Source: Bryobacterales bacterium (GTDB taxonomy: Bacteria; Acidobacteriota; Terriglobia; Bryobacterales; UBA6623). From it: a DNA stretch of 64,000 nucleotides. Below the pieces are notes generated by a model. That model made no database searches. It had not been told where the DNA came from and saw only the letters and a list, made by a program, of their open reading frames with translations. Position 1 is the stretch's first letter; every line of letters starts with the position of its first letter. The stretch covers positions 10,903 to 74,902 of the forward strand of contig CBDBHI010000028.1 in NCBI GenBank assembly GCA_965205595.1. Reading direction: 5' to 3'. Shown in pieces: positions 19,719-29,600 of this stretch. Both the position numbers and the translations under genes were made by a program.

Positions 19719-20675
19719 GTGGCTCGCATCTACGACGACAACTCGCTCTCAATCGGCAATACCCCACTGGTGCGTCTCCGACGCATCACCGATGGCGCGA
19801 AGGCCACGGTCCTAGGAAAAGTTGAGGGCCGCAACCCTGGGTATTCCGTCAAATGCCGCATCGGCGCGTCGATGATTTGGGACGCCGAAAAAAGCGGACG
19901 CCTGCGTGAAGGCATGGGGCTCGTCGAAGCAACCAGCGGCAACACAGGAATCGCGCTGGCCTTCGTCGCGGCCGCGCGCGGCTACCCGATCACAATCGTG
20001 ATGCCTTCCAGCTACAGCGTCGAGCGCCGGCGCGTCCTCAAAATGCTAGGCGCGAAACTCGAACTCACCCCCGGTGATGACGGCATGTATGGCGCCGTGG
20101 TCCGTGCCGAGCAACTCGCCGCCGACGAACCTGACCGCTACTTCCACCTCCAGCAGTTCAAGAACCCGGCCAACCCCCGCATTCACGTCGAAACCACTGG
20201 ACCCGAAATCTGGGATGACACAGACGGCAACGTCGATTTGTTCGTTGCGGGAGTCGGCACCGGCGGAACCATCAGCGGGGTCTCTCGATATTTCAAACTC
20301 CGCAAGAAGAAACAAATCATCACGGTTGGCGTTGAACCCGAGCGCAGCCCGGTAATCAGGCAACACTTGGCGGGCCAACCCATGCAGCCCGGCCCGACGG
20401 ACATCCAAGGAATCGGTGCGGGCTTCATCCCCGATACGCTCGATCTCGAAATGGTCGACCGCATAGAAGGCTGCGGCGATCAAGAGGCCATCGAATATGC
20501 CAAGCGGCTTGCCAAAGAAGAGGGAATCCTTAGTGGAATTTCTTGTGGCGCCGCCGCGGCCGTAGCTTGCCGGCTGGCGAACGAACCCGAATTCGAAGGC
20601 AAAACGATCGTCGCCATCCTCCCAGACGCCGGCGAGCGGTACCTGAGTAGCCCGCTCTTCGATGGAATCGGCTAG
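19719..20675 (+). CDS. cysK: Cysteine synthase A
   Basis: [42 protein letters not shown]. Confidence 0.96.
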   Translation: MARIYDDNSLSIGNTPLVRLRRITDGAKATVLGKVEGRNPGYSVKCRIGASMIWDAEKSGRLREGMGLVEATSGNTGIALAFVAAARGYPITIVMPSSYSVERRRVLKMLGAKLELTPGDDGMYGAVVRAEQLAADEPDRYFHLQQFKNPANPRIHVETTGPEIWDDTDGNVDLFVAGVGTGGTISGVSRYFKLRKKKQIITVGVEPERSPVIRQHLAGQPMQPGPTDIQGIGAGFIPDTLDLEMVDRIEGCGDQEAIEYAKRLAKEEGILSGISCGAAAAVACRLANEPEFEGKTIVAILPDAGERYLSSPLFDGIG

Positions 20676-20838
20676 TCGCTAAAAAGCTCGTACCGGGGGT
20701 TTGAAATATTTTTTCAGCCTGAAAACTCAACAACTTAGCCGTTTTGAGTCCCCGCCAGACCCCTAAAAACTTGACACGGGGGTGTAGGGTTGAAACAGGT
20801 TCCTAAGGGCGTGCAAAGTACAAGCGCGGATGCCTATG

Positions 20839-21100
20839 GAGTTTGCCTGGCTTAAGCGAAAGATGAGACCATCCATCCGGTGTTGTGAAAGCAACATCAA
20901 AAAAACGAGGTTTCGGTCCTGGCTGTCCTCGGGGAAAAGAACAACCTAGCAACCCGGCGTTGCTGTCAAAAAGCTTGCCCGCACAACGTCACTGGTACAC
21001 GGAGGTTTAGCAACTTGGGAGCTCCCATTTTATCGGTTTGTCGAGTTGAAACCAGCAGGCAAACCAACCGGCGGGGCAGTCTAATCTAGGCTGTCCCGTC
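20839..21100 (+). ncRNA. Candidate structured non-coding RNA
   Basis: Closing stem GTTTGCCTG (20841-20849)/CAGGCAAAC (21056-21064), GAAA-tetraloop hairpin, further hairpins, strong 3' hairpin; TTGACA at 20771; no ORF of 60 aa or more. Confidence 0.5.
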
Positions 21101-21293
21101 CAATCTAACAGCGCAGGGGGAACTGCATCGCGGGGCGGGACTGTCCCATCAGACAACGCAATCTAAATCGCGAAATCGAACCCACGTGTGGACTGTCCCA
21201 TCCAAGCGGAACAACCCACGAACCGCCGCCGATCAAAAGCCCAAGAACCCTCAATCCTAATCAAAACAATGCGGGCGAAGTCGGCGAGAGCCT

Positions 21294-21623
21294 TCAGTGG
21301 GACCCTCCCCCGTCGTGCACGGCCCAACCCGCGGGCTCGCTGATCCACGCCCGGCTGGCAAAATCCATCGAAGTGATACCCAGCAAAATAGCCAGCCAGC
21401 AAAAGCCGAGAGCGACGAACAACTGCGTGAGCTTGGTCGCATATTTCACGTGCATAAAAAAGAGAATCACCACCGTCGCTTTTACAGCCGCGATTCCTAG
21501 CGCCACGAAAATGTTCAGCGCTCCCATGTCGATATAGGCGGCGGCCACGGTCAGCCCCGTCAATGCAAGCAGCAATGCAAAGATCGAATAGTAAGTTTTA
21601 AGAGGTAGTACGTGTCCGGCCAT
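21294..21623 (-). CDS. coxD: Cytochrome c oxidase subunit IV (caa3-type)
   Basis: LLALTGLTVAAAYID...KATVVILFFMHVKY; last gene of operon. Confidence 0.88.
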   Translation of the reverse strand: MAGHVLPLKTYYSIFALLLALTGLTVAAAYIDMGALNIFVALGIAAVKATVVILFFMHVKYATKLTQLFVALGFCWLAILLGITSMDFASRAWISEPAGWAVHDGGGSH

Positions 21624-22291
21624 CAGTGGTGCCTGCTTACCAAGTACAGAAGCGGGTAAAGGAAGATCCAAACGATATCGACGAAGTGCCAGTAGAGACC
21701 AAACATCTCCACCGGCGAGTTGTAGGCAGCGCTGAAGCGCCCCCGTCTCGCCATCACAACCAGCCAAACCAATATCCCCATGCCGATAATCATGTGCACG
21801 GCATGCATGCCGGTCATGGCGAAATAGAACGAGAAAAACAATTCGACGTTTTGAGCAGCCGCCCCGCCGCCATGAAACTCGAAGCCCGCGCCGGGCACCA
21901 GCTGATGCTCGAACTTCGCCGAATACTCAATCAACTTTACGCCCAGAAACGCCGCCCCGAAGAACATCGTCGCCACAAGAAAGCCGACTAGCTTTCGGCG
22001 ATGTCCCAACTGCGCCGCGTGCACCGCCAGCGCCATCGTCAAGCTCGAGCCAATCAAGATCGCTGTGTTCCCGCCGCCGAGCGCCACGTCAAGCTCATTC
22101 GAGCCCGCCGCGAACGCCTCGGGAAACTTCATGCGATACACGGCGTAGCCCAGAACGAGCCCGCCAAAAAACATGATCTCCGTTACCAGGAAGGCCCACA
22201 TCCCAAGCGTCGCCGACTCGTGCTGTTGCTCGGCATCTTCGAACTGATGCGCGACAACCGGCGGGTCATAGGCCAGGGACGAGTTAGACAA
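21623..22291 (-). CDS. coxC: Cytochrome c oxidase subunit III
   Basis: [33 protein letters not shown]; TTG start inferred. Confidence 0.93.
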   Translation of the reverse strand: MSNSSLAYDPPVVAHQFEDAEQQHESATLGMWAFLVTEIMFFGGLVLGYAVYRMKFPEAFAAGSNELDVALGGGNTAILIGSSLTMALAVHAAQLGHRRKLVGFLVATMFFGAAFLGVKLIEYSAKFEHQLVPGAGFEFHGGGAAAQNVELFFSFYFAMTGMHAVHMIIGMGILVWLVVMARRGRFSAAYNSPVEMFGLYWHFVDIVWIFLYPLLYLVSRHH

Positions 22292-23702
22292 GGGTGGCCT
22301 CCTTCGGCGCATCGACGACGGCCGACGTTTCGTAGGCGTAGGCTTCTTCGGTGACGATCGGTGTCACGAGAAAATTACTGTGGGGCGGGGGCGATGTCGT
22401 CTCCCACTCAAGCCCCTTGGCGCCCCACGGGTTCGCCGGCGCAAGCTTGCCGTAGCGCATCGACCAGGTGAGATAGATCATCGGCATCGCAAATCCAATC
22501 GCCAGTATTGAAGCCCCGGCCGTCGACATTACGTTCAGTATTTGAAACTCCTCCGGGTAGGCGTGATAGCGCCGCGGCATGCCGAGATAACCGAGCACGA
22601 ACTGCGGAAAGAACGTCAAGTTGAAGCCCACAAATATCATCAAGGCCGAGAGCCGCCCCCAGCCGAAAGGGTAGAGCCGCCCCGAAATCTTTGGCCACCA
22701 AAAATGGATCGCCGCCAAGTAGCCCATCACCGCGCCGCCGACCATGATGTAGTGAAAATGCGCGACCACGAAATACGTGTCGTGCAAGTGAACATCAATC
22801 GCCAGCGATGAATAGGCGATGATTTTGTATCCGAAAATCCCCTTACGGCTAAAGCAGGTAATCACCTCGCTCATCACGCCCATCGCCGGCAAGATCATCA
22901 CGTAAACCACCGGGTGCGAATAGAACCAAAACAAGTGCTGAAACAGCACCGGGTCGCCGCCCAGTTTCGGATCGAAGATTCCGACTCCGAAAGCAGTTTC
23001 GAGCGACAGTAGAACCATCGTGATCGCGATCACGGGCGTCGAGAGAATCATGATCACGCTAGTCGCATATTGAGCCCAGATAAACAGCGGCAAACGAAAC
23101 CAGGTGAGCCCGGGCGCTCGCATTTTGTGGATTGGTACGACAAAATTGAGCCCGGTCAAAATACTCGCGAAGCCGGTAATGAACACACCGCCGGCGACCA
23201 TCGCGACGGCCGAGTTCGAGTAGGTGCTCGAGTAGGGCGTGTAGAAAGTCCAGCCCGTATCAACCCCGCCCGTGGCTGCGGCCACCAATGTGATTGCGCC
23301 GCCGATCGAGAAAACGTACCAACTCAGGAGGTTCAAGCGCGGGAAAGCCAAGTCGCGAGCGCCAATCATCAGTGGCACTAAAAAGTTTCCCAGCACGGCC
23401 GGAATCGATGGCACCAGAAAAAAGAACACCATCATCAGCCCGTGCATGGTGAACATCTTGTTGTAGTTCTCGGCCTGCAACAGATCGCCCTCGGGCGTGA
23501 GCAACTCGAGCCGCACGGCTACGGCGAACGCGCCGCCGACAAAGAAGAACACCGTGATCGTTGCCAGGTAGAGCAGAGCGATGCGCTTGTGGTCGAGCGT
23601 CAGCAGCCACGAGCGGATTCCCGACGAATGATTCAGGTAATGAGACGCCGGCAGCTCGCCCGCGTCACGTGGCTCAATCAACGGAGCAAACGTGCTACCC
23701 AT
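22284..23702 (-). pseudogene. coxA: Cytochrome c oxidase subunit I (A2 type) with in-frame internal deletion
   Basis: [35 protein letters not shown] present; WxHH segment absent (YSSLAI joins directly to DVHLHD). Confidence 0.85.
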
Positions 23703-24661
23703 CAGTCGCTAGCTCCTTTCACAGCGGTTTCGGTGGCCTCGAGTGATTCCAGGTAAGCGATGATTTCCATCACCTGTTCTTCCGTCACCTGACCTTGAAA
23801 CGTCGGCATCACGGGTTGAAACCCCGCCACGATTTTTGCGCTCGGCTGCAAGATCGATTGCCGCAGATATGGCTCATCGGCAATCACCTCAGCGCCTGTA
23901 TTCAAGCGGGTCACGGCGCCGTAGCGGCCCTCCAACGCCGGCCCCCGCCCGCTGCTATCCGGGCGATGGCAACCGTCGCAGCGCAGCTCGCTGAATAGCC
24001 GCTCGCCGACCGATGACATCGCCTCGCCCTCTTGGGTCGCGTTCAGCCAGCGCTCGTAATCATCAGGCGCCATGACGTAAACCTTCCCGCCCATCTTTGA
24101 ATGCTCGTTGCCGCAGTACTCGGCGCAGAAGAGATGGTATTCGCCGGCCTTGGTGGCTTCAAACCAGGCTGTCGTGTAGCGCCCCGGCAGCACGTCCATC
24201 TTGATGCGAAACGCGGGTACGTAGAAACTGTGAATCACGTCCTCCGATGTCATGATCAATCGCACCGGTTGTCCGATCGGCACGTGCAATTCGTTGATCT
24301 CGCGGCGTCCTTCGGGGTGCTGCAACTTCCACATCCACTGCTTGCCGACGACGTGAATATCCATCGCGTCCGGCGGCGGCGCGGCGTTTTTGAAATACAG
24401 ATTTGCGCCCCATCCGAAGATGATCATGCCGATCACAAACGGCACGACCGACCAGAACACCTCAAGCGCCACGTTGCCCTCGATCGCGGTCGGATGCTCG
24501 TTTCCCGGCCGCCGCCGATAGCGAATCGCGAAGTAGAACGTGACAGAGAAGATCAGGACCGTGAACAGCGCGCCCACTCCGATCAAGAAAAAATACAGCG
24601 AGTCAACGCCCTCGGAAATCGTCGAGGCACTTTCAGAAAATAGCGGAAATTGATCCCACAT
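23702..24661 (-). CDS. coxB: Cytochrome c oxidase subunit II with fused cytochrome c (caa3)
   Basis: [18 protein letters not shown] CuA motif; C-terminal CDGCH. Confidence 0.94.
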   Translation of the reverse strand: MWDQFPLFSESASTISEGVDSLYFFLIGVGALFTVLIFSVTFYFAIRYRRRPGNEHPTAIEGNVALEVFWSVVPFVIGMIIFGWGANLYFKNAAPPPDAMDIHVVGKQWMWKLQHPEGRREINELHVPIGQPVRLIMTSEDVIHSFYVPAFRIKMDVLPGRYTTAWFEATKAGEYHLFCAEYCGNEHSKMGGKVYVMAPDDYERWLNATQEGEAMSSVGERLFSELRCDGCHRPDSSGRGPALEGRYGAVTRLNTGAEVIADEPYLRQSILQPSAKIVAGFQPVMPTFQGQVTEEQVMEIIAYLESLEATETAVKGASD

Positions 24662-24666
24662 ACAAT

Positions 24667-25545
24667 CTATCCCTCGATCGGCGCGCCGAGACTTCGACGC
24701 TCCAGCCAAACAGACAGGCCCATGAATCCCGCCAATAACAAGACCGTCGCGATGCCCGCCAGGCGCAGCACGTTCATGATGACCAACCCGTATTCACCGC
24801 TCACGGGGTCGTAGTGAAAGCAGTAGAGAAGTATCGAGTCAACCAGGCCGCCGATCCTCCCGTCGGCCGCTTCAATCAGCGCGAACTGCAAATCGCGCGC
24901 CGAGTATTCGACGCCGTAGAAATAGCGCGACGTCACGCCGCGCGGAGTCGCCACGACAATGCCCGCCGCGTGACGATACAGGTCGGTCTCAGAGTCGTAG
25001 CGGTAGCTGTATCCGATTGCGTCGGTGAGGCGCTCGATCGCCGCTTGGTCGCCCGAGAGAAATCGCCAGCCGCCGGCGGCGGCATCGCGCCCATATAGGC
25101 CAACGTAGTGCGCCTTTTTCTCGGCAGCCATGCGCGGCGTTTCTCCGGGGTCGATCGAAAATGTGATTACGTCGAAGTCTTCGCCCGCGGTCAGCCTCAT
25201 CGCCCGCAGCGCTTTCAGCAGCCCGTTGAGTTCGAGCGAACACAGCATCGGGCATTCGTAATAGACGGGCGCCAGGATCACGGCTCGATCGGCAAATAGC
25301 TCGCGCAGCCGGATCGCAATGCCCGCCTCATCGACAAACCGCGCGTCGAGCGGCAGCTCACGGCCGAGTCGCTGTTCGAAAGCGACACCTTCTAGTTCGC
25401 GAGGCAGCTGCCCGGCCGGAGTCATCGACTCCTTCGCCGCAAGCAGCGGAGCATACGCCGCGATCAGTATCAGCGTCGTCAGCGCAACCAAGCCACGGAC
25501 GGAAAGTGCGTCGTTGCAAGTTTCTCGGCTAATCCGCGGCTGCAT
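24667..25545 (-). CDS. SCO family protein
   Basis: YYECPMLC and conserved His (YRHAAG); position in act-cox operon. Confidence 0.9.
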   Translation of the reverse strand: MQPRISRETCNDALSVRGLVALTTLILIAAYAPLLAAKESMTPAGQLPRELEGVAFEQRLGRELPLDARFVDEAGIAIRLRELFADRAVILAPVYYECPMLCSLELNGLLKALRAMRLTAGEDFDVITFSIDPGETPRMAAEKKAHYVGLYGRDAAAGGWRFLSGDQAAIERLTDAIGYSYRYDSETDLYRHAAGIVVATPRGVTSRYFYGVEYSARDLQFALIEAADGRIGGLVDSILLYCFHYDPVSGEYGLVIMNVLRLAGIATVLLLAGFMGLSVWLERRSLGAPIEG

Positions 25546-25942
25546 CAAGAACCTCCGCACGAACCGCGAACCCTCGTCGCAAAGCCAACTCCATCGCACG
25601 CTCAACCGGCACGCGCACGATGCCTGCCTGCTCATCCACCCAGCCGTAGCTCGAAAGCAGCGACTCCTCGCGCGCGCGCAGCTGGTCCAAATCCATTCCC
25701 GCCGTCACCTGCAATCTCGGCTCGGGCGGCAGGAAGTCGGCTTCGGCTGAAGCCACCAGGCCTTCTCGCTCGGTAAGGTAAGCGAACAACATCGCTGTAA
25801 AGCCCAATGCAGCGGCGAGCATCCAGACAATCAACATTGCCGCGCGCGCCACCGGACGCGGGTTGGCATCGCTCTTTTCGTAGCCGCTTTCGCGCTGTTG
25901 ACGCTGGAGTTGGCGGGCAAGGTTGTTGAGAGGTTGATTCAT
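25529..25942 (-). CDS. ActG-like single-TM subunit of alternative complex III
   Basis: YEKSD...TM...PPEPRLQ...SYGWVDEQAGIVRVPVERAMEL; between actF and sco. Confidence 0.75.
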   Translation of the reverse strand: MNQPLNNLARQLQRQQRESGYEKSDANPRPVARAAMLIVWMLAAALGFTAMLFAYLTEREGLVASAEADFLPPEPRLQVTAGMDLDQLRAREESLLSSYGWVDEQAGIVRVPVERAMELALRRGFAVRAEVLDAAAD

Positions 25943-25944
25943 GA

Positions 25945-27117
25945 CTAGTGGCCGCCCGCCGGTTCCATCGCCGCTTCTAACAGCGGATCGTTCACCGGTA
26001 GTAAGGGCTGCGAGCGCAACTGCCGAGCGAAGTAGGCCAGCCACAAACCACCCAGCGCGGCCAGCGTCGTGAAGTCCAGCCAGTGAATCGTAAAGGCGCC
26101 GGTACTCAAGCTCGGAGTGATGATCCAGTGCAAATCGATCCAGCGCATCAGCAGCATAAAGCCGGCGACCTTCACCAAATTCGACTCGGCCCTCTTGGTA
26201 TGGCGCGTCAATAAAACCAAGAACGGCACGAAGAAGTGGAACAGCGCCAGCAACACCGAAATCGCCTGCCAGCCGTTCGCGTTGCGGTCGAGATACCAGC
26301 CGACCTCTTCCTGCAGATTGCCCGACCAGATGATCAGATATTGCGAGAACGACAGGTAGGCCCAGACCATCACGAAGCCCATCAGCAGATTCCCAAGATC
26401 GTGAAAATGCTGGGAATTCAGGATCCGCGAATACGGGTCGCGGTCTTTTAGGTAGACCAATACGCAGATCGAAAACGCGAGCGTCGCCAAGATGTCGCTC
26501 GAGAGAAACATGAACCCAAACAACGTCGAGAACCAGTGCGGATCGAGCGACATCACCCAATCGACCGAAGCGAACGTAATCGTCAGCGCGAGCAACGCGA
26601 TGCCGCCGCCGGAAATGCGGCGCATCATGCGCGCCGCGTCATCGTCGCCTGTATCGTCGTGCCGCGCGGAGAGCTTGCTGAGCGCCGTCCCGATGCTGAT
26701 CCAAATCGCGAAGTAAAGGGCCACGCGCGCCAGAAAGAACGGCACGTTCAGGTAAGCGCTCTTCTGCTGCAAGATGTGGTCGCCGGCCACGACGTCGGCA
26801 TGGGTCCACTCATAAAGCTCGTGAAGCCCAAACAACACCGGCAGCAGCAGAACGGCCATCAGCGGAAACGTGCGCGCGGCGGCCTCGGCCGGCCGCCGGA
26901 TGATCAGGCTCCAGGCCCCGCCCGCAATGTGATGAAGCATCAGCAGCGCCAGGCTCCCGAGCGGAATCGCGATCCAATAGCAGAACGCCGTCAGATACGA
27001 GCGGAAGAATTGCTCGGCATCGAGCAATGCGCCCGCGGTGGTCAACAGCGCGGCGACCACGCCCACTGTCAGGGCGCGTTGTTCGAACGTTTCCAGATGT
27101 GCGTCTTTAGCCGTCAT
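25945..27117 (-). CDS. actF: Alternative complex III membrane subunit F
   Basis: Polytopic; DWVMSLDPHWFST, HDLG, YLSFSQYLIIWSGNL motifs. Confidence 0.9.
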   Translation of the reverse strand: MTAKDAHLETFEQRALTVGVVAALLTTAGALLDAEQFFRSYLTAFCYWIAIPLGSLALLMLHHIAGGAWSLIIRRPAEAAARTFPLMAVLLLPVLFGLHELYEWTHADVVAGDHILQQKSAYLNVPFFLARVALYFAIWISIGTALSKLSARHDDTGDDDAARMMRRISGGGIALLALTITFASVDWVMSLDPHWFSTLFGFMFLSSDILATLAFSICVLVYLKDRDPYSRILNSQHFHDLGNLLMGFVMVWAYLSFSQYLIIWSGNLQEEVGWYLDRNANGWQAISVLLALFHFFVPFLVLLTRHTKRAESNLVKVAGFMLLMRWIDLHWIITPSLSTGAFTIHWLDFTTLAALGGLWLAYFARQLRSQPLLPVNDPLLEAAMEPAGGH

Positions 27118-27682
27118 TGCCTTTACTGAGTTGCGTCAGGTCCTCGATTGAAAGCTCTTCCCGCAACGCATGTTGCGCCAGTTGCAGCGCTTCGATGTAG
27201 GCCGCGATCGCCCAGCGATCATGGGCGCGAATGCGGTCGGGAAAATCGGTCATCGACCCGAAGCCGTTCGTGATCACATCGAAGAAATGTCCGGGTGGCG
27301 CGGCGCGCAAGCGCTCGGAATGATACGACGGCGGGTGTCGAAAGCCGCGCATCGCGACCATGCCGTTTCCGTCGCCGAGGCGTCCGTGGCAGGGCGCGCA
27401 ATAGATATCGAAGCGCTGCCTGCCGCGCGCCAGCGTGGCTGGGGTAATTTCAATTGGGTAGCTGCGGGCGGGCTCGCCGTCGTGCCGGCCGGCGTAGAGA
27501 TGCTCGTCCGCGTAGAGTTCGCCGCGCGCAACCGTGCTTGCGATGCTTGGACGCGCCGCGCGTCCGTCGGCGAAAAATGGATTCGCCTCAAGTGCCTCAA
27601 ACTTCGGTTGGTCGTGCATGTCGCTGCGGCAGCCCGCGGCGGCAAGCAACACGCACAGCCAGGCGATCGGGCTAAGCTTCAA
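27107..27682 (-). CDS. actE: Alternative complex III monoheme lipoprotein cytochrome c
   Basis: Lipobox AAGC-RSDMHDQPK, CAPCH; TTG start inferred. Confidence 0.9.
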   Translation of the reverse strand: MKLSPIAWLCVLLAAAGCRSDMHDQPKFEALEANPFFADGRAARPSIASTVARGELYADEHLYAGRHDGEPARSYPIEITPATLARGRQRFDIYCAPCHGRLGDGNGMVAMRGFRHPPSYHSERLRAAPPGHFFDVITNGFGSMTDFPDRIRAHDRWAIAAYIEALQLAQHALREELSIEDLTQLSKGNDG

Positions 27683-28220
27683 CTTCAGCCACCTCGCGAG
27701 GGTTGAGCCCTTCGAGAAACGTACGGGTCGATTCGCCGTCGTAGCCCGGGTCGCGCGCTTCGATGCACAGAAAAAAGCGGTCTTTTGAAGCCAGCTCAAA
27801 ACGCGGGTGATTAAAGATTGGATGGTGTGGCCGCGGCAGGCCGTTCAGCGCCAGCATGCCGAACACCGCCGCGACCGCGGCCACCAAAATTGTCATCTCA
27901 AACGTGACCGGGATAAACGCCGGCCAAGAGTTCAACGGCCGCCCGCCAACGTTTGTCGGATAGGAAATCGCCGAAACCCAATACTGAAAGCCAAACCCCG
28001 CGACACAGCCGAGCACGCCACCGGCGAAGACGATCCAAGGGAGCTGGCGACGCGTGTGCCCGAGCGCCGCGGCAAGACCATGAATGGGCAGCGGAGAGTA
28101 AGCGTCCATGCGACGGTAGCCGGCCTCGTGAGCCGCTGTCGCGGCGTCGACCAAATCGTGCGGCTGTTCAAACTCGGCGATCAGCCCATGCACCGGAGTT
28201 CTTGTTGTGACGTCGGACAT
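27672..28220 (-). CDS. actD: Alternative complex III subunit D (DUF3341)
   Basis: DAYSPLPIHGL, VGGRPLNSWPAFIPVTFE. Confidence 0.92.
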   Translation of the reverse strand: MSDVTTRTPVHGLIAEFEQPHDLVDAATAAHEAGYRRMDAYSPLPIHGLAAALGHTRRQLPWIVFAGGVLGCVAGFGFQYWVSAISYPTNVGGRPLNSWPAFIPVTFEMTILVAAVAAVFGMLALNGLPRPHHPIFNHPRFELASKDRFFLCIEARDPGYDGESTRTFLEGLNPREVAEVEA

Positions 28221-29600
28221 TTACTTTTCTCCGCTGGAGTGGTCGGGGTTCTCAGGCACCAGCGTGCGCATCTCGAAAATTGAAATCATCGGCAGAAACC
28301 GCAGGAACAAGAACAGCAACGTCGTGAAGAAGCCGAGAGTTCCGATGTAGAGCGCCCAGTCCCATACCGAGCCCGAATACATGTCCCACGACGAGGGCAG
28401 ATAGTCGCGGTGCAGGCTGGTCACTACAATCACGTAGCGCTCGAGCCACATGCCGATGTTGACCACGATTGCGATCACGAAAAGCGCGACGACATTCTGG
28501 CGCACCCTCGCCGACCACAGTAGCTGCGGCACCAAACCGTTGCAGAAGATCAAGGCCCAGTACTGTGTCGCGTACGGGCCCGTCATGCGGTTCCAAACCA
28601 TGAACTGCTCATACTGGCTCGCCGAATACCAGCCGAAGAAAACCTCCATCAGGTAGCCGTAGAAAACGATGCTGCCCGTGGCCAGAATGATCTTGGCCAT
28701 GTTGTCGAGGTGGCGCAACGTGATAAAGTCGCCAATTTTGTAGAGCGCGCGGATTGGGATCGCCAGCGTCACCACCATGGCGAACCCGGAGTAGATTGCG
28801 CCCGCCACGAAATAGGGCGGAAAGATAGTCGCGTGCCATCCGGGGATGATCGCGACAGCGAAGTCGAAACTCACGATGGTGTGAACCGAGATCACCAGCG
28901 GCGCGGCCAGTCCGGCCAGCAACCCGTAAGCGATCTCATAGCGCTCCCAGTGGATCGCCGAGCCGCGCCAACCCATCGCCAGCGTTCCGTAGATGAGCTT
29001 CTTGATTTTCGTTTTCGCGGCGTCGCGCAACGTTCCGAGATCGGGGATTAGTCCGACGTACCAGAACATCGCCGAGACGCTTGCGTAGGTTGAGACCGCG
29101 AAGACGTCCCATAGCAGCGGCGAGCGGAACTGCGGCCAGATATCCATCGTGTTGGGCACCGGCAGCAGCCAATAGGCGAGCCACGGACGCCCCACGTGAA
29201 CCAACGGAAAGACGCCGGCGCAGGCTACGGCGAACAGCGTCATGGCCTCGGCAAAGCGGTTGATCGAGGTGCGCCATTCCTGGCGAAATAGCAGCAAGAT
29301 TGCCGAGATCAAAGTGCCGGCGTGGCCGATTCCGACCCACCAGACGAAATTGATAATCGCGAAGCCCCATCCCACTGGAACGTTTAGGCCCCACACGCCG
29401 ACACCGGTCGTCAGCAAGTGAGCTAGCGACACCAGCATCAGCAACGTGCCCGACAGGCCGATGCTGAGACCGACCCACCACCAGCGCGGAGTCTTCTGCG
29501 TAAGCACCACCGACGCGATCTTGTCGGTGATTGATCCGAGATCGTAACCGGGCTCGATCAGCGGTCCGACGGCGTCGAGGTCGCCCGTCTTAGTCGCCAT
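28221..29600 (-). CDS. actC: Alternative complex III subunit C (NrfD family)
   Basis: NFVWWVGIGHAGTLISA, WRTSINRFAEAMT, FRSPLLWD. Confidence 0.95.
   Translation of the reverse strand: MATKTGDLDAVGPLIEPGYDLGSITDKIASVVLTQKTPRWWWVGLSIGLSGTLLMLVSLAHLLTTGVGVWGLNVPVGWGFAIINFVWWVGIGHAGTLISAILLLFRQEWRTSINRFAEAMTLFAVACAGVFPLVHVGRPWLAYWLLPVPNTMDIWPQFRSPLLWDVFAVSTYASVSAMFWYVGLIPDLGTLRDAAKTKIKKLIYGTLAMGWRGSAIHWERYEIAYGLLAGLAAPLVISVHTIVSFDFAVAIIPGWHATIFPPYFVAGAIYSGFAMVVTLAIPIRALYKIGDFITLRHLDNMAKIILATGSIVFYGYLMEVFFGWYSASQYEQFMVWNRMTGPYATQYWALIFCNGLVPQLLWSARVRQNVVALFVIAIVVNIGMWLERYVIVVTSLHRDYLPSSWDMYSGSVWDWALYIGTLGFFTTLLFLFLRFLPMISIFEMRTLVPENPDHSSGEK

Noticed and set aside
20836-21089. Small ORF MEFAWLKRK... 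that could -1 frameshift at the A7 run into a longer frame
   Set aside because: No RBS or recognisable protein features; dense base pairing favours an RNA. Not fully excluded.
20778-21100. tmRNA, RNase P or group II intron identity for the intergenic RNA
   Set aside because: No tRNA-like acceptor/T-arm with CCA, no GAGGAAAGTCC motif, no domain V-like 3' end.
21089-21221. CRISPR array
   Set aside because: Repeats are only 10-13 nt, at most three copies, and no cas genes are in the window.
25943-26560. 5' extension of the 343-aa ORF 25529-26560
   Set aside because: Overlaps actF out of frame; the plausible start is the ATG at 25942.
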